Notes: generated by a model from the letters alone, not told the origin. DNA of 63,892 nt, filler included, from 7 parts of 7 records of this genome joined end to end with filler, not necessarily neighbours in it, one strand, 5' to 3'; shown: positions 1-10,926, counted from the whole stretch's first letter. Numbers and translations: made by a program.

Positions 1-29
1 TCTTTATCGTAGTAAACATTTAATGCCAT
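1..29 (-). CDS. ilvC: Ketol-acid reductoisomerase, 5' fragment at window edge
   Basis: Reverse strand reads MALNVYYDK after an AGGAAC SD, matching the Campylobacterota IlvC N-terminus; only 9 codons are visible. Confidence 0.6.
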
Positions 30-74
30 TTATAGTTCCTCTAGTAAAATTTGTTGGATTATATCGAAAAAAAA

Positions 75-2114
75 TTAAAATTTAGGTAATTCTATTTTAA
101 AACAAGCCCCTAAATAGATTCTGTTCATATGAATGAACTCTTTATTTTGTACACTTAAAATCCCTCCAAGGTTTTTTTCAACTATGTATTTACTCATATA
201 GAGTCCAATACCTGTTCCTTGAGATTTATGTTTTGTTGTAAAGTATGGATCAAACACTTTTAACAAAATATCTTTATCTATACCTTCTGCACTATCTGTA
301 ATCTCTATAATAATAAATTTACTGTTTTCATATAATTCTATTTTTACTATTCTATCTTTTGTATTTCTACTCAAGAAAATATCTTTTGCGTTACTTAGAA
401 TATTGAGAATAACTTGTGATAGTTCATTTGGAAATCCTAAAACTTTCAAATCTTTATTTTTTATATCATAAATTAAATCTATATTATGGTTTTTGTATAT
501 TGCCTTTGTTATTGAACTACTGTTGTTGATTACATCTAAAACATTAAATTCACTTTTTTCTTTGTCTTGAGCAAAGAAACCTCTAAAGTCATTGATAGTT
601 TGGTTTAAAAAATTAACATATTTTTTGATTGCTTCATATGATTTATCAACATCTTCTGATGTAGAAATCTTTAAATCTCTTTGTATTTGCATTGATGTTA
701 CAGTTGTCATAATTGCAGATAATGGTTGTCTCCACTGGTGGGCAATATTTCCAAGCATTTCACCAAGGGCTGCAAATCTTGATTGTTGGATTAGTGCTTT
801 GTCTTTTTCTCTATTGTTTTCAACCTCTCTTTTAATTTTGTCTTCAAGGTGTTCATTTAGTCTTTTTAGAGCTATAGTTTTCTCTTCGATTAAACTCTCT
901 AAGTTTTCATTTAAAGCTTTTAATTCCTTTTGAGTTTTCATCTCTTCAGTGATATTGTTTAATGTCACAATTACAATTGTGTTTTGTTCATCTAATTGTT
1001 TTTTGTTTGCAGTGATTGAGAAATAGTGGTATTGGTTTTGTTTCTTCATCACTACTTTATGTTTTATTTGAGGATTTTTTATAATATATTCAAACCATAA
1101 AATATCATCTTTGTATCTAGTTATTATAAAATCATCATTTAGATTTTCTATATTTTCAAAAAAATCACATATACATAGGTGTTTCTCTTTAAACTCATCA
1201 AAACTATTAAACTCATTGAAAAAATCAATCAATGCTTTGTTTGCATCAATCATATTTTCTCCATTACTTACAATAACAATATTTTTTTGTGAATCTAAAG
1301 TTCCTCTTGTAAACTGCTCTTGTCTTTGAAGTTGTTGAGTGTTTTTATTTATATTTGAAGCAATAGTGATTCCTAAAACAACAGCAAGAAATATAAATAA
1401 AATTATCAGAAAAAACTCAAGTTTTGTATAATAATCTTTTTGGTTGCTTAACTCTTTTTCTATCTTTTCTAATTGAATTGAGCCTTCATATAAAAGTCTA
1501 TTAGCATTTTCACTTATTCTAATAAATACAGATGGAGTATTTTTATAAAACCTTTTGATAGCTCTATTTTGAAGTAAGAAGTTTTCTATATCATTGTTTT
1601 TTCTATATTTTATTTGTTGAATTAAAAGTTCTGTCATTTTCTCTAGCATTTGTTTTAATTCTTTTAATTTTGGAGCTAATTCAATAACTTCTAAAGACAC
1701 ATTATGGTCTTTCTTTATATATTGAATTGTTTTTTCTGAATTGTAGTGACCTTCAATATTCAGCTTTATAACTCTAGTTACTTTCCCACCTTTGTCTAAA
1801 ACTTTTAAACACTTTTCTAAAAAGTTTATTCTTTCATAAACCCTTTTTTTTATCATCTCTAAACTATTTTTATTTGTAACTGTTGTCGCAAGTTCATAAA
1901 AATCTGATTTTATTTTATCAATATCATTTATGATAAATTCACCAATCTCAATTTTTGCTTTTAGATTGTTTGTTTTTTTATCTAAATCCTCATTTAGTTT
2001 TATAAAAAAAGTATGTAGTGAAACTAATATTATTATCCCTACAACAAATGTAAGAATCAGTAAAACAAGGTGTTTTAAGGTTTCATTTGAAGATATCTCG
2101 ATGTTATTACTCAT
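75..2114 (-). CDS. Membrane sensor histidine kinase
   Basis: Two TM segments around a periplasmic domain; H-box EMLGNIAHQWRQPL, N-box NILSNAKD, FDPYFTTK, GTGIGL. Confidence 0.93.
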   Translation of the reverse strand: MSNNIEISSNETLKHLVLLILTFVVGIIILVSLHTFFIKLNEDLDKKTNNLKAKIEIGEFIINDIDKIKSDFYELATTVTNKNSLEMIKKRVYERINFLEKCLKVLDKGGKVTRVIKLNIEGHYNSEKTIQYIKKDHNVSLEVIELAPKLKELKQMLEKMTELLIQQIKYRKNNDIENFLLQNRAIKRFYKNTPSVFIRISENANRLLYEGSIQLEKIEKELSNQKDYYTKLEFFLIILFIFLAVVLGITIASNINKNTQQLQRQEQFTRGTLDSQKNIVIVSNGENMIDANKALIDFFNEFNSFDEFKEKHLCICDFFENIENLNDDFIITRYKDDILWFEYIIKNPQIKHKVVMKKQNQYHYFSITANKKQLDEQNTIVIVTLNNITEEMKTQKELKALNENLESLIEEKTIALKRLNEHLEDKIKREVENNREKDKALIQQSRFAALGEMLGNIAHQWRQPLSAIMTTVTSMQIQRDLKISTSEDVDKSYEAIKKYVNFLNQTINDFRGFFAQDKEKSEFNVLDVINNSSSITKAIYKNHNIDLIYDIKNKDLKVLGFPNELSQVILNILSNAKDIFLSRNTKDRIVKIELYENSKFIIIEITDSAEGIDKDILLKVFDPYFTTKHKSQGTGIGLYMSKYIVEKNLGGILSVQNKEFIHMNRIYLGACFKIELPKF

Positions 2115-2872
2115 TTTGCTAAGCCATATTTCCTCATAATATTTTGACCTCTAGCAGAGGCTGCATACTCCATAAAAGCTCTTGCAATTTTTTTATTTTT
2201 TGAAGATTTTAAAAGTGAAATTATAAGTTTCTTTTTTGGAGCTAATTTTTCATCAATCTTTACAATATCAATATAATTTTTGTTTTCATCCCAAAAGGCA
2301 CTTGCTATCCAATTTATAGTTGTATTGATTTTCCCTTCTATTAATGCTCTGTTTAGATTCCTTGAATCAGTTCCAATTAATACAGAGTTATCATAAGCTT
2401 TTTCAAAAAACTCTTCACCTTTATATTTTGTAAGTATTTTTTTTGTCATTCTTCCAATACTTCCTGTATTTGGACTACATAAAGCTATCTTATAGTTTTC
2501 ATTTATAAAAACATCTAATGATTTAATTTTTTTTGGTTTTCCTTTTTTTACAAAAATTGCTGCTTGATTAAAGCCAATCTCCACCCCATCTAATAATAAT
2601 CCATCTTTTAAATTGTTTTTTCGGTATGATTCACTTCCTGGAAGATAAAGGTCACCTCTTTTTGAATACTTTAAAGAATTATACAAATCTTTTGAAGCAC
2701 CTTGTGAAACATTGATTTTGCAATTATAAAGTTGTTCAATCTCTTTAGCCATTTCTTTTATAGGTTTTACCATTGTGATACCACAATAAAAGAGTAGAGA
2801 AGGTTTATTGGCATATAAATTATTTGAAAAAATAAAAGTTAAGAGTAATGAGAGTATGATTTTATAAAACAA
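2111..2872 (-). CDS. ModA-like periplasmic substrate-binding protein
   Basis: Signal peptide; GASKDL, GDLYLPGS and TGSIG motifs of the molybdate-binding/SBP_bac_11 type; overlaps the kinase start by 4 bp. Confidence 0.8.
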   Translation of the reverse strand: MFYKIILSLLLTFIFSNNLYANKPSLLFYCGITMVKPIKEMAKEIEQLYNCKINVSQGASKDLYNSLKYSKRGDLYLPGSESYRKNNLKDGLLLDGVEIGFNQAAIFVKKGKPKKIKSLDVFINENYKIALCSPNTGSIGRMTKKILTKYKGEEFFEKAYDNSVLIGTDSRNLNRALIEGKINTTINWIASAFWDENKNYIDIVKIDEKLAPKKKLIISLLKSSKNKKIARAFMEYAASARGQNIMRKYGLAK

Positions 2873-2978
2873 TACAATGTCCTTAAGTATTATAAAAGAG
2901 TTAATAATAAAATAATGGAAAAAGTAATCTTATCTAAGATAAAATTAAAAATATATAAATAATAAAAAGGTTTAAAGT

Positions 2979-4829
2979 TTGTTTAATAAACTATTTACAA
3001 AATTATATAAAAATATAAATGAATTTGATGAAGAAGAACTGAAACTTTTAGAAGAGTTTGTAAAAGAAGGTTTTGTTATCAAAAATGAAAACTACGAAAT
3101 AAATTCAAAGTATAGAGTTGGAATTGTAAGAGTAGATAAAAATCGTGCAACTTTATGTGATTTGGGAAATGAACATAAGAATATCAACTTAGATTTTGAG
3201 CACCTTAATGGAGCTTATGATGGAGACTTGGTTTTAGCAAAAAGGGTATTTAATCCTAGAAGTAGAATAAAAGCAAAAGTTCATAAAGTGTTTTCAAATA
3301 ACAAAAAAAGTGAAATTTTAGTTTATGTTAATGACAATGAATTATTAACTGTAAAAGAGTCTATAAAACTTCAAACTAAAGGTAAATTAAACCTAGAAGA
3401 GGGTGAAGTTCTTTTAGTTGATAGTAAAAGCTTTGAAGTTATAAAAAGATTTGGAAATATAAGTGAGCCTAAAGTAGATGAATTAATATCACTATATCTT
3501 TATAAAGAGGATTATCGTATCTCAAAAAAGATTGAAGTTGATGCAAAGATGGATGACACAAATAAAAGGGTAGATTTAAGAGATTTACCTTTTTGTACAA
3601 TTGACCCAAATACTGCAAAAGACCACGATGATGCTATCTATTTTGATTGGCAGGAAAACATTTTATATGTAGCTATTGCAGATGTTTCATATTTTGTAAA
3701 AGAGGGAAGTGAATTAGACCAATTAGCTTATAAAAAATCTACTTCAGCATATCTTCCTTCAAAAGTTTTACCAATGCTTCCAAATGAACTTAGTGAAGAT
3801 ATGTGTTCCTTAAAAGAGGGAGTTGATAGATATTCTTATGTTTTTAAAATCTATTTAGATGTAGAGAAGTTAGAAGTTAAAAAAAGTGAACTGTTTGAAG
3901 CGATAATAAATTCACATAGAAAATTCTCTTATGGAAGAATTGATAGGGTTTTAGATAACAAATTTGATACACATACAAAACAAGAAAAAGATATCTTTGA
4001 TTATCTTCTTCCTTTATATGAGGTTACAAAATCATACAGAAAGAAAAGACTTGAAAAGGGTTATGATTTTAGAAGTAGTGAATATAGATTGAAACTTAAA
4101 AATGGAGAACTTCAAAGTGTAGAGGTTGAAACATCTTCCCCTTCACATCAATTAGTTGAAGAGTGTATGTTATTTGCCAATATTGAAGCTAGTAAAAAAG
4201 TAAATAAAGTTGGGATTTTTAGGATTCACGAAGAACCACCATTTAAAGCCATATCAAAACTTGTGGATGATGTAAATGGATTAGGTGTGAAAGTTAAACT
4301 TAAAAGTGATGTTCATTCAACAATTACTCATATACAAGATAAAGCAAAATATTCAACACTGTCAGAAGAGATTGATGAACTTATTATTCATGCTCAAACA
4401 CAAGCAAAATATAGTTCAAAAAACTTGGGACACTTTGGTTTAGGTTTTAAATCTTATTCACACTTCACAAGTCCAATTAGAAGATATTCAGATTTAGTAT
4501 TACATAGAATGTTAAAAACTAAAAAAACACCAAAAGATATTGATGTAGTTTGTGACCATATCTCTGTACAAGAAAGAAAAATAGACCAAATGGTTTGGGA
4601 TTTTGAAGATAGAAAATATGCAAGATGGGCATCAAAAAATATAGGAAAAGAGTTAAAAGCACAAATAACAGATACAGAAAGAAATATTTGTGTTGTTTAT
4701 GGTGAATATGCTGGAGCAAAAATATATTTAGATAACTACAAAGGGCAAACCCTTTATAGTAAAATTAGAGTTATTATTAAATCAAGTGATTTAATAACTA
4801 AAAAAATAGTAGGGAAAGTCAAATATTAG
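2979..4829 (+). CDS. rnr: Ribonuclease R / RNB-domain exoribonuclease
   Basis: TIDPNTAKDHDDA catalytic motif, VAIADVS, GHFGL, YSHFTSPIRRYSDL. Confidence 0.93.
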   Translation: MFNKLFTKLYKNINEFDEEELKLLEEFVKEGFVIKNENYEINSKYRVGIVRVDKNRATLCDLGNEHKNINLDFEHLNGAYDGDLVLAKRVFNPRSRIKAKVHKVFSNNKKSEILVYVNDNELLTVKESIKLQTKGKLNLEEGEVLLVDSKSFEVIKRFGNISEPKVDELISLYLYKEDYRISKKIEVDAKMDDTNKRVDLRDLPFCTIDPNTAKDHDDAIYFDWQENILYVAIADVSYFVKEGSELDQLAYKKSTSAYLPSKVLPMLPNELSEDMCSLKEGVDRYSYVFKIYLDVEKLEVKKSELFEAIINSHRKFSYGRIDRVLDNKFDTHTKQEKDIFDYLLPLYEVTKSYRKKRLEKGYDFRSSEYRLKLKNGELQSVEVETSSPSHQLVEECMLFANIEASKKVNKVGIFRIHEEPPFKAISKLVDDVNGLGVKVKLKSDVHSTITHIQDKAKYSTLSEEIDELIIHAQTQAKYSSKNLGHFGLGFKSYSHFTSPIRRYSDLVLHRMLKTKKTPKDIDVVCDHISVQERKIDQMVWDFEDRKYARWASKNIGKELKAQITDTERNICVVYGEYAGAKIYLDNYKGQTLYSKIRVIIKSSDLITKKIVGKVKY

Positions 4830-4831
4830 TG

Positions 4832-5170
4832 TTATACACTGATAATTGTTTCTCCTGATTTTATCCATTCACTTAAAAATTCACCAGTGTAGAAGATATC
4901 AATATTACAAGCATTTAAGCCATCTTCTAATTCCATATTTTCTGCACATTTTAAACAAGCAACAACTTTAACTCCATCTTTTATCATTGCTTTTACTTTT
5001 TCTTGTATTTGTTTATCTTTTGCTATAAGTTGTTGACTAGCTCCCCAAACTAAAACTGTTACATCTTCCATCCAACCTTTTAGTTTAGCGTTGTGTGCAT
5101 ATAAAAGTACCATATGCTCAGCTGTTTCTTTATTATCCGTAGTCCATAAGATTTTTGCTTCTTTTTGCAT
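4832..5170 (-). CDS. DsrE-family protein
   Basis: 112 aa; VTVLVWGAS and VVACLKCA motifs. Confidence 0.7.
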   Translation of the reverse strand: MQKEAKILWTTDNKETAEHMVLLYAHNAKLKGWMEDVTVLVWGASQQLIAKDKQIQEKVKAMIKDGVKVVACLKCAENMELEDGLNACNIDIFYTGEFLSEWIKSGETIISV

Positions 5171-5235
5171 AGTTTCTCCTTTTTTATTAGGAAGATTATA
5201 ACACTTAGAACTGTAACTTTAATGAATATTTATAG

Positions 5236-5634
5236 TTAACTACACTTCTCTTTTAAATCTTTTAATTCTAAGTTAAGAGCATTTGATGAGATATAAACTT
5301 CCCAAATACAAACTGCTAAAGAAAAACACATAACAATAAGACTAATGCCAAATATTTTTTTCCCTAAAGGGTAATAACCTAAAAAAAGTGCAAACATAGA
5401 GATAGTACAAAAAAGCATAGACAATGCTCCAAAAAGTTGCATCCATTTAGTAAGTTCAAGTCTTTTTTTCAAGTTTGCAATCTGTCCACTAAACTCTCTC
5501 ATTCCATCTTTTCTTGCTTGACTACTCAAAGCTCTAATCAATTGACCTGTTGTTAAAAATCTATTTGTGTATGCTAATAGAAGTAATGAAATAGCAGGGA
5601 AAAGTAAGGCTGGTGTTGATATTTCAATTTCCAT
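5236..5634 (-). CDS. DUF2721-type membrane protein
   Basis: TPALLFPAISLLLLAYTNRF N-terminus, three TM helices, EVYISSNAL. Confidence 0.75.
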   Translation of the reverse strand: MEIEISTPALLFPAISLLLLAYTNRFLTTGQLIRALSSQARKDGMREFSGQIANLKKRLELTKWMQLFGALSMLFCTISMFALFLGYYPLGKKIFGISLIVMCFSLAVCIWEVYISSNALNLELKDLKEKCS

Positions 5635-5812
5635 TTAAAAAACCTTTTTTGTTTTGTATTTTATCTAAAGTAATATATAAAACTCTTGTTATTAGGCTAT
5701 AGTTTCTAGCCAATATAGAAAAAATAACCTATAAAATTAAACTCTAATAAGTTAAGAAAAGCAATAGTTTGCTAATATATTAAAATTAGAACTATAAATC
5801 AAGGTAATTACA

Positions 5813-7030
5813 ATGAAAATTCTGCACGCTTTAGCACAAAGACCAGGAAAAACAGGAAGTGGAGTTTTTCTTCAACAACTATTTAAAGCGGGAGTAGAAA
5901 AAAATCATCAACAAGCAATTTTAGCAGGTGTTCCTGCAAATGATCAAAATCCTGAAATACAAGGGTTTGATTTGAAAAATTATTATCCAGTTTTATTTGA
6001 ATCAAAACAATTACCTTTTCCTGTAGTAGGGATGAGCGATGTAATGCCTTATAAAAGTACAAAATATAGTGATTTAGATGATACTATGTTTGAAGCCTAT
6101 GAGAAAGAGTTTAAAAAAGTTATTACAAAAGCAGTAGAAGAGTTTAAACCTGATGTAGTAATCTGTAATCATATATGGCTATTAGCTACATTTATTAAAG
6201 ATTTATATCCAAACCTGAAAGTATTAGCACTTTGTCATGGGACAGATTTAAGACAACTTGAAAGAGCTTATCAGTTTGTGCCATTAGCAAAACAGAAAAT
6301 TCCACGGTGCGAATATCTTTGTGCATTAAATTCTGCTCAGGCAGAAGAGATTAAAAACCTTTATGATGTAAAAGAAGAACAAGTTATAGTAAGTGGAAGT
6401 GGATATAACCCTAAAATGTTTTATCCTGTAAAAAGAAAAAAGAATAAAAAAGTTCAAATAACTTATGTTGGGAAATTGTGTAATGCTAAAGGAGTACCAA
6501 ATCTTATAAAAGCAATGGAGCAAGTAAAAGATTATGAAAATATTGAATTAAATCTAATTGGCAATGGAACAGCAAAAGAGAGTGATGATATTATCAAAAA
6601 AATTGTTACTTCAAAGACAAATATTAGATATTTAGGAATGCTTCCTCAAAAAGATTTAGAAAAACTTTTGAGACACAGTGATATATTTGTTCTTCCTTCT
6701 TTTTTTGAAGGGCTTCCTCTTGTAGTTATTGAGGCATTAGCTTCTGGTGCAAAAGTAATTTGTACTGACCTTCCAGGTCTTGATAATTTTCTTGGGGAGA
6801 GTTTAAAAGAATTAGGAGCTATTAGATATATAAATATGCCAAGACTAAGAAATCTTGATACACCTTTTGAAGAGGATGTTGAAAAATTTGAAAAAGATTT
6901 AACTTTAGCAATAGATGAACTTAGCCAAGAAATCATAAATAACTGTGAATATGATATGGAAGAAGTTACTAAACTCCTTGAGGATAAAACTTGGGTTGGG
7001 CTTTTTACAAGATTAGAAAAAATGTTTTAA
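5813..7030 (+). CDS. Glycosyltransferase family 4 (GT-B)
   Basis: CHGTDL, YVGKL..KG, DIFVLPSFFEGLPLVVIEALASG (EX7E). Confidence 0.9.
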   Translation: MKILHALAQRPGKTGSGVFLQQLFKAGVEKNHQQAILAGVPANDQNPEIQGFDLKNYYPVLFESKQLPFPVVGMSDVMPYKSTKYSDLDDTMFEAYEKEFKKVITKAVEEFKPDVVICNHIWLLATFIKDLYPNLKVLALCHGTDLRQLERAYQFVPLAKQKIPRCEYLCALNSAQAEEIKNLYDVKEEQVIVSGSGYNPKMFYPVKRKKNKKVQITYVGKLCNAKGVPNLIKAMEQVKDYENIELNLIGNGTAKESDDIIKKIVTSKTNIRYLGMLPQKDLEKLLRHSDIFVLPSFFEGLPLVVIEALASGAKVICTDLPGLDNFLGESLKELGAIRYINMPRLRNLDTPFEEDVEKFEKDLTLAIDELSQEIINNCEYDMEEVTKLLEDKTWVGLFTRLEKMF

Positions 7031-7056
7031 AAGCAACAATTGGCTAAGATTACATT

Positions 7057-8037
7057 ATGTATAAAAATGAATTTGATAACTTATTAAATCAGAACACTCT
7101 TTTTAATGCCTATATGTTTTATGGGCAATCAAAATATTTAATAGAACATTATACTAATATTGTTGCAAGCAGATTAGGAAGTGCTGATGAGGTAGAAAAA
7201 CTTTATTTTGATGATTATGATTTTAAATATGCAAAAGATAAGTTACTTCAATCTTCGCTTTTTGCTTCAAATAATATACTTATAATAAAACTAGAAAAAA
7301 AATTAAATAAAAAAGAGACTACAGAGTTGATTGAAGCTTGTAGCAAAAATCCAGATTCAAAAGTGATATTTTCTTGTATGGATGACAGTGAATTTAAAAC
7401 TATGGCAGGTTATTTTACAAAAAAATTAAATGCTGTTAGTGTAAGAATGTTTTCACCTTTTCCAAATGAAGCAATTAGAATGATTGAAAATCAAGCAAAA
7501 CAGATAAATCTTAGATACGAAATGTCTGCACTTAGTAATCTATATTTTATGCATAGACAAGACTTAAGTCTTTGTATGAACGATTTAAATAAACTATCAA
7601 TTTTAAATGAGCAAATAACTACAGATTTGATATATAAACACTGTTTTGGAATAGGAGAAGTTAATTTTGAAGACTTCTTACATAAACTTCTTGAAGCACA
7701 AGATATAGAAGCTGATTTAGAACTTCTTTTAGAAGAGGGGATGAATGAGATTTATTTATTAAACCAAATAACATCATTTGTGCAACAACTATTTATGATA
7801 AGTTCTTATGCAAGAGTTTACGGTAGTGCAAATGCAAAAGAGATTTTAGGTTTTGTACCTCCTAAAAATATTTGGGAGAGAAAAAGTAGACTTGCAATCA
7901 ACATTAAACCAGAAAAATTTTCAGAACTTATGGATTATCTATTAAATATTGAGTTAGAGTTCAAAACTTCAAAAATCTCAAATCAAAATTTATATTTACA
8001 AGCTTGCCTTAGGAAAATTTCAGTTTTAATTAGATAA
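7057..8037 (+). CDS. holA: DNA polymerase III delta subunit
   Basis: YMFYG and QSSLF motifs, 326 aa, directly upstream of rpsF as in other Campylobacterota. Confidence 0.85.
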   Translation: MYKNEFDNLLNQNTLFNAYMFYGQSKYLIEHYTNIVASRLGSADEVEKLYFDDYDFKYAKDKLLQSSLFASNNILIIKLEKKLNKKETTELIEACSKNPDSKVIFSCMDDSEFKTMAGYFTKKLNAVSVRMFSPFPNEAIRMIENQAKQINLRYEMSALSNLYFMHRQDLSLCMNDLNKLSILNEQITTDLIYKHCFGIGEVNFEDFLHKLLEAQDIEADLELLLEEGMNEIYLLNQITSFVQQLFMISSYARVYGSANAKEILGFVPPKNIWERKSRLAINIKPEKFSELMDYLLNIELEFKTSKISNQNLYLQACLRKISVLIR

Positions 8038-8057
8038 AATCACAGACTTTACAAAAA

Positions 8058-8100
8058 CCTTGCTGATATTTGTAAAGATACCGGCGAAAACTATAAGGAG
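8058..8100 (+). promoter_or_regulatory. Putative S6:S18-type ribosomal leader upstream of rpsF
   Basis: CCTT (8058-8061) can pair with the AAGG of the SD (8095-8100), and a CCG lies at 8081-8083; structure judged by eye. Confidence 0.4.
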
Positions 8101-8106
8101 AACTTA

Positions 8107-8175
8107 ATGTCAAGAATCAAACATTATGAAACAATGTTTATCTTAAAGCCAACTCTTACTGAAGAAGAGACTGCG
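8107..8175 (+). CDS. rpsF: 30S ribosomal protein S6, 5' fragment
   Basis: MSRIKHYETMFILKPTLTEEETA after an AAGGAG SD; cut by the linker. Confidence 0.9.
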
Positions 8176-8275
8176 NNNNNNNNNNNNNNNNNNNNNNNNN
8201 NNNNNNNNNNNNNNNNNNNTTAATTAATTAANNNNNNNNNNNNNNNNNNNNNNNNNNNNNNNNNNNNNNNNNNNN
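8176..8275. other. Artificial contig linker
   Basis: 44 N + TTAATTAATTAA (stops in all six frames) + 44 N. Confidence 0.99.
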
Positions 8276-10716
8276 CTAAAGATTATGGATTTGATTTTTA
8301 TGATGTTATGTTATTTACCTCAAAAGATTATCTTCAAAACAATAAAACGGTAGTTGATAATTTTACAAAAGCTTCGATTAAAGGCTGGCAATACGCTTTT
8401 GAAAATATTGAAGAGAGTGTTGAGTTGATCTTAAAAAAGTATAATTCTCAAAATAAAACAAAAGAAGCATTAATCTATGAAGCGAATGTTTTAAAAAAAC
8501 TAGCATATCAAAATACGACACAATTAGGAAAAATAGATAAAGAAAAAATAAAACATATCTATAATATTTATACGCTACTAGGATTAACCAAAGATCAAAT
8601 AGACTGGGATGAATTTATTTATGATGGATATTTAACCAATACTGTTGATTTTACGAAAGAGGAGAGATCATGGATCAAAAATAATCCTGAAGTCTCAATA
8701 GCATTAATGCCCGATTTCTCTCCATTTTCATATATAGTCAATGGAGCTTATGTAGGGCTAGAGCACGATCTGCTCTCTCTAATCTCTAAAAAATCAGGAT
8801 TAAACTTTAAAAAGCAGTTTGATATTTGGAACAAGAATCTAACAAAATTTAAAAACAGACAAGTAGATATTATAATAGGTATCTCTCATAATAAAGAGCG
8901 TGAAGATTTTACCCTCTTTACCAGCCCCTATTATAAGATCCCTATTATGATTTTTATTCGCAAAGATTTTGAGAGCTATAAAAACATCAATAGTCTAAAA
9001 GGTAAAAAAGTAGGTATATTAAAAGATGTATTTTTTGTAAAGGATTTAAAAAAGATTGATGGTATTGAATTGATAGTTTTTGAAACATATGAAGAGATTA
9101 CAAATGCATTAGTATTTGGTGAAATTGATGCTCTTATACACAATCTTCCAAATATATATCTTCTTATTAAAAAAAATGCTTACACAAATTTAAAGATAGC
9201 TGAAGAATTTAAGCTTTCTGGTATAGACAAAGAGGATTTACGATTTGGGATAAATAGTGACAAGCCACTACTTAAAAGTATTATCCAAAAATCTTTAGAT
9301 GAGATAACCCCACAAGAGTATGCTCAGTTAACTAATAAGTGGCTAGATATTGATGAAGATAACACAAATAAAAGTATTGCTTTTACAAAAGAGGAAAAAA
9401 ACTATTTTGACCAAAAAGAGTCATTAAAAATATGTGCTGATCCTGATTTTCTTCCATATGAAAAGATTGATGAAAATGGAGTATATCAAGGTATTGGCTC
9501 TGAGATTATGCAAATCATTTCAAAAAGCCTAAATAAGTCTGTAGAGCTTGTCTCTACAACTAATTGGAGTGAATCATTACAAAATATACAAAATGGAAAA
9601 TGTGATATCCTTCCAATGGCTGCTTCTACAATAAGTCGTCAAGATTATCTAAATTTTACAAAGCCTTATATTCAAGACTCTATTGTGGTAGTAACTGAAA
9701 ATAAGCAGTTTTTTATCAATGGTAGTAAGGATCTGTCAAACCGTAAAATTGGTATTGTTAAAGATTACTCTTTTATTGAACAAGTAAAACAAATAAACCC
9801 TAAAATAGAAATAGTAAAAGTAAAAAATATATTAGATGGCTTAGAAAAGGTACAGCAAGGGCAACTATATGGTTATATCGACGCACTTTCAGTTGTTGCA
9901 TATACTATACAAAAGTATAGACTCTTAGATTTAAAAGTTACAGGAAGATTGGAGTTTGATTTAGAATTACGCATAGCTTCAAGAAAAGATCAACCCCATC
10001 TAGCTAGTATTATTTCTAAAGCTTTACAAGAGATTGATAAAGAGCAAATTAATGCTATTAGAGGTAAGTGGGCTACTATTAAGGTTGAGGAGTCTTTTGA
10101 TTATAAGATATTAATCTATATGGTTATAATTTTTTTAGTGATCTTAGCTTTTATGATATATAGACATAATAATATTAAACAGATGAATAAAGAACTTGAA
10201 AAAGTTTCTATTACGGATGCTCTTACAGATATTTATAATAGACGATATTTTAATGAATTATTCCCAAAAGTTATAAACTCTGCAAAAAGAAAAGATGAGT
10301 TAGTATCTTTTCTTATAATGGATATAGATCATTTTAAACAGTATAACGATACATACGGTCATCAAAGAGGGGATAATGTGCTTATAAAGGTTGCAAAAGC
10401 TATAAAAGACTCTTTGCATAGAGCAGATGATTATTGTTTTAGACTAGGTGGTGAAGAGTTTGGAGTTATCTTTAAAGCTGAATCAAAAGAACAAGCAGGA
10501 CAGTTTGCTCATACCATAAGACAAAATATAGAAAATCTTCATATTGAACATCCAGGTAATAGTGCTAGTTCTTATGTAACTGTATCAATGGGATTAGTTT
10601 GTAAAAATGCCAATGAAATAAAAGATGAGGATGAAGTTTATAAACAAGGTGATGATTTACTCTATAAGGCTAAAGAGTCTGGTAGAAATAGAGTTGAGTT
10701 TACAAAAGTAATTTAA
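8276..10716 (+). CDS. Diguanylate cyclase with multiple periplasmic binding domains (5' truncated)
   Basis: Frame is open from the contig edge (KDYGFDFYDVMLFTS, NMT1-like tail); two family-3 SBP domains, a TM helix, DIDHFKQYNDTYGH and RLGGEEF. Confidence 0.92.
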
Positions 10717-10766
10717 AATCAAATAGACTTTTATTAGCTAAATTTTAATACTCCAAAAGCTCTAAA

Positions 10767-10872
10767 TTTTGGAACACGAAGTAGATAATTGATTTTTACG
10801 TGTTCCAAAAAGTGTTCAAAAAGTAAAAACTACAAAGCTCCACAAACTCTAAGGAATTGTTGAACACTTTTT
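10767..10872. repeat. Two abutting perfect inverted repeats built on a GAACAC/GTGTTC core
   Basis: TTTTGGAACACG 10767-10778 / CGTGTTCCAAAA 10799-10810; AAAAAGTGTTCAA 10807-10819 / TTGAACACTTTTT 10860-10872. Confidence 0.8.
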
Positions 10873-10926
10873 AGGATCTATTAAATTTTCTTTTTTTATG
10901 AAATTAAACCACTAAAGCTTTTAGCT

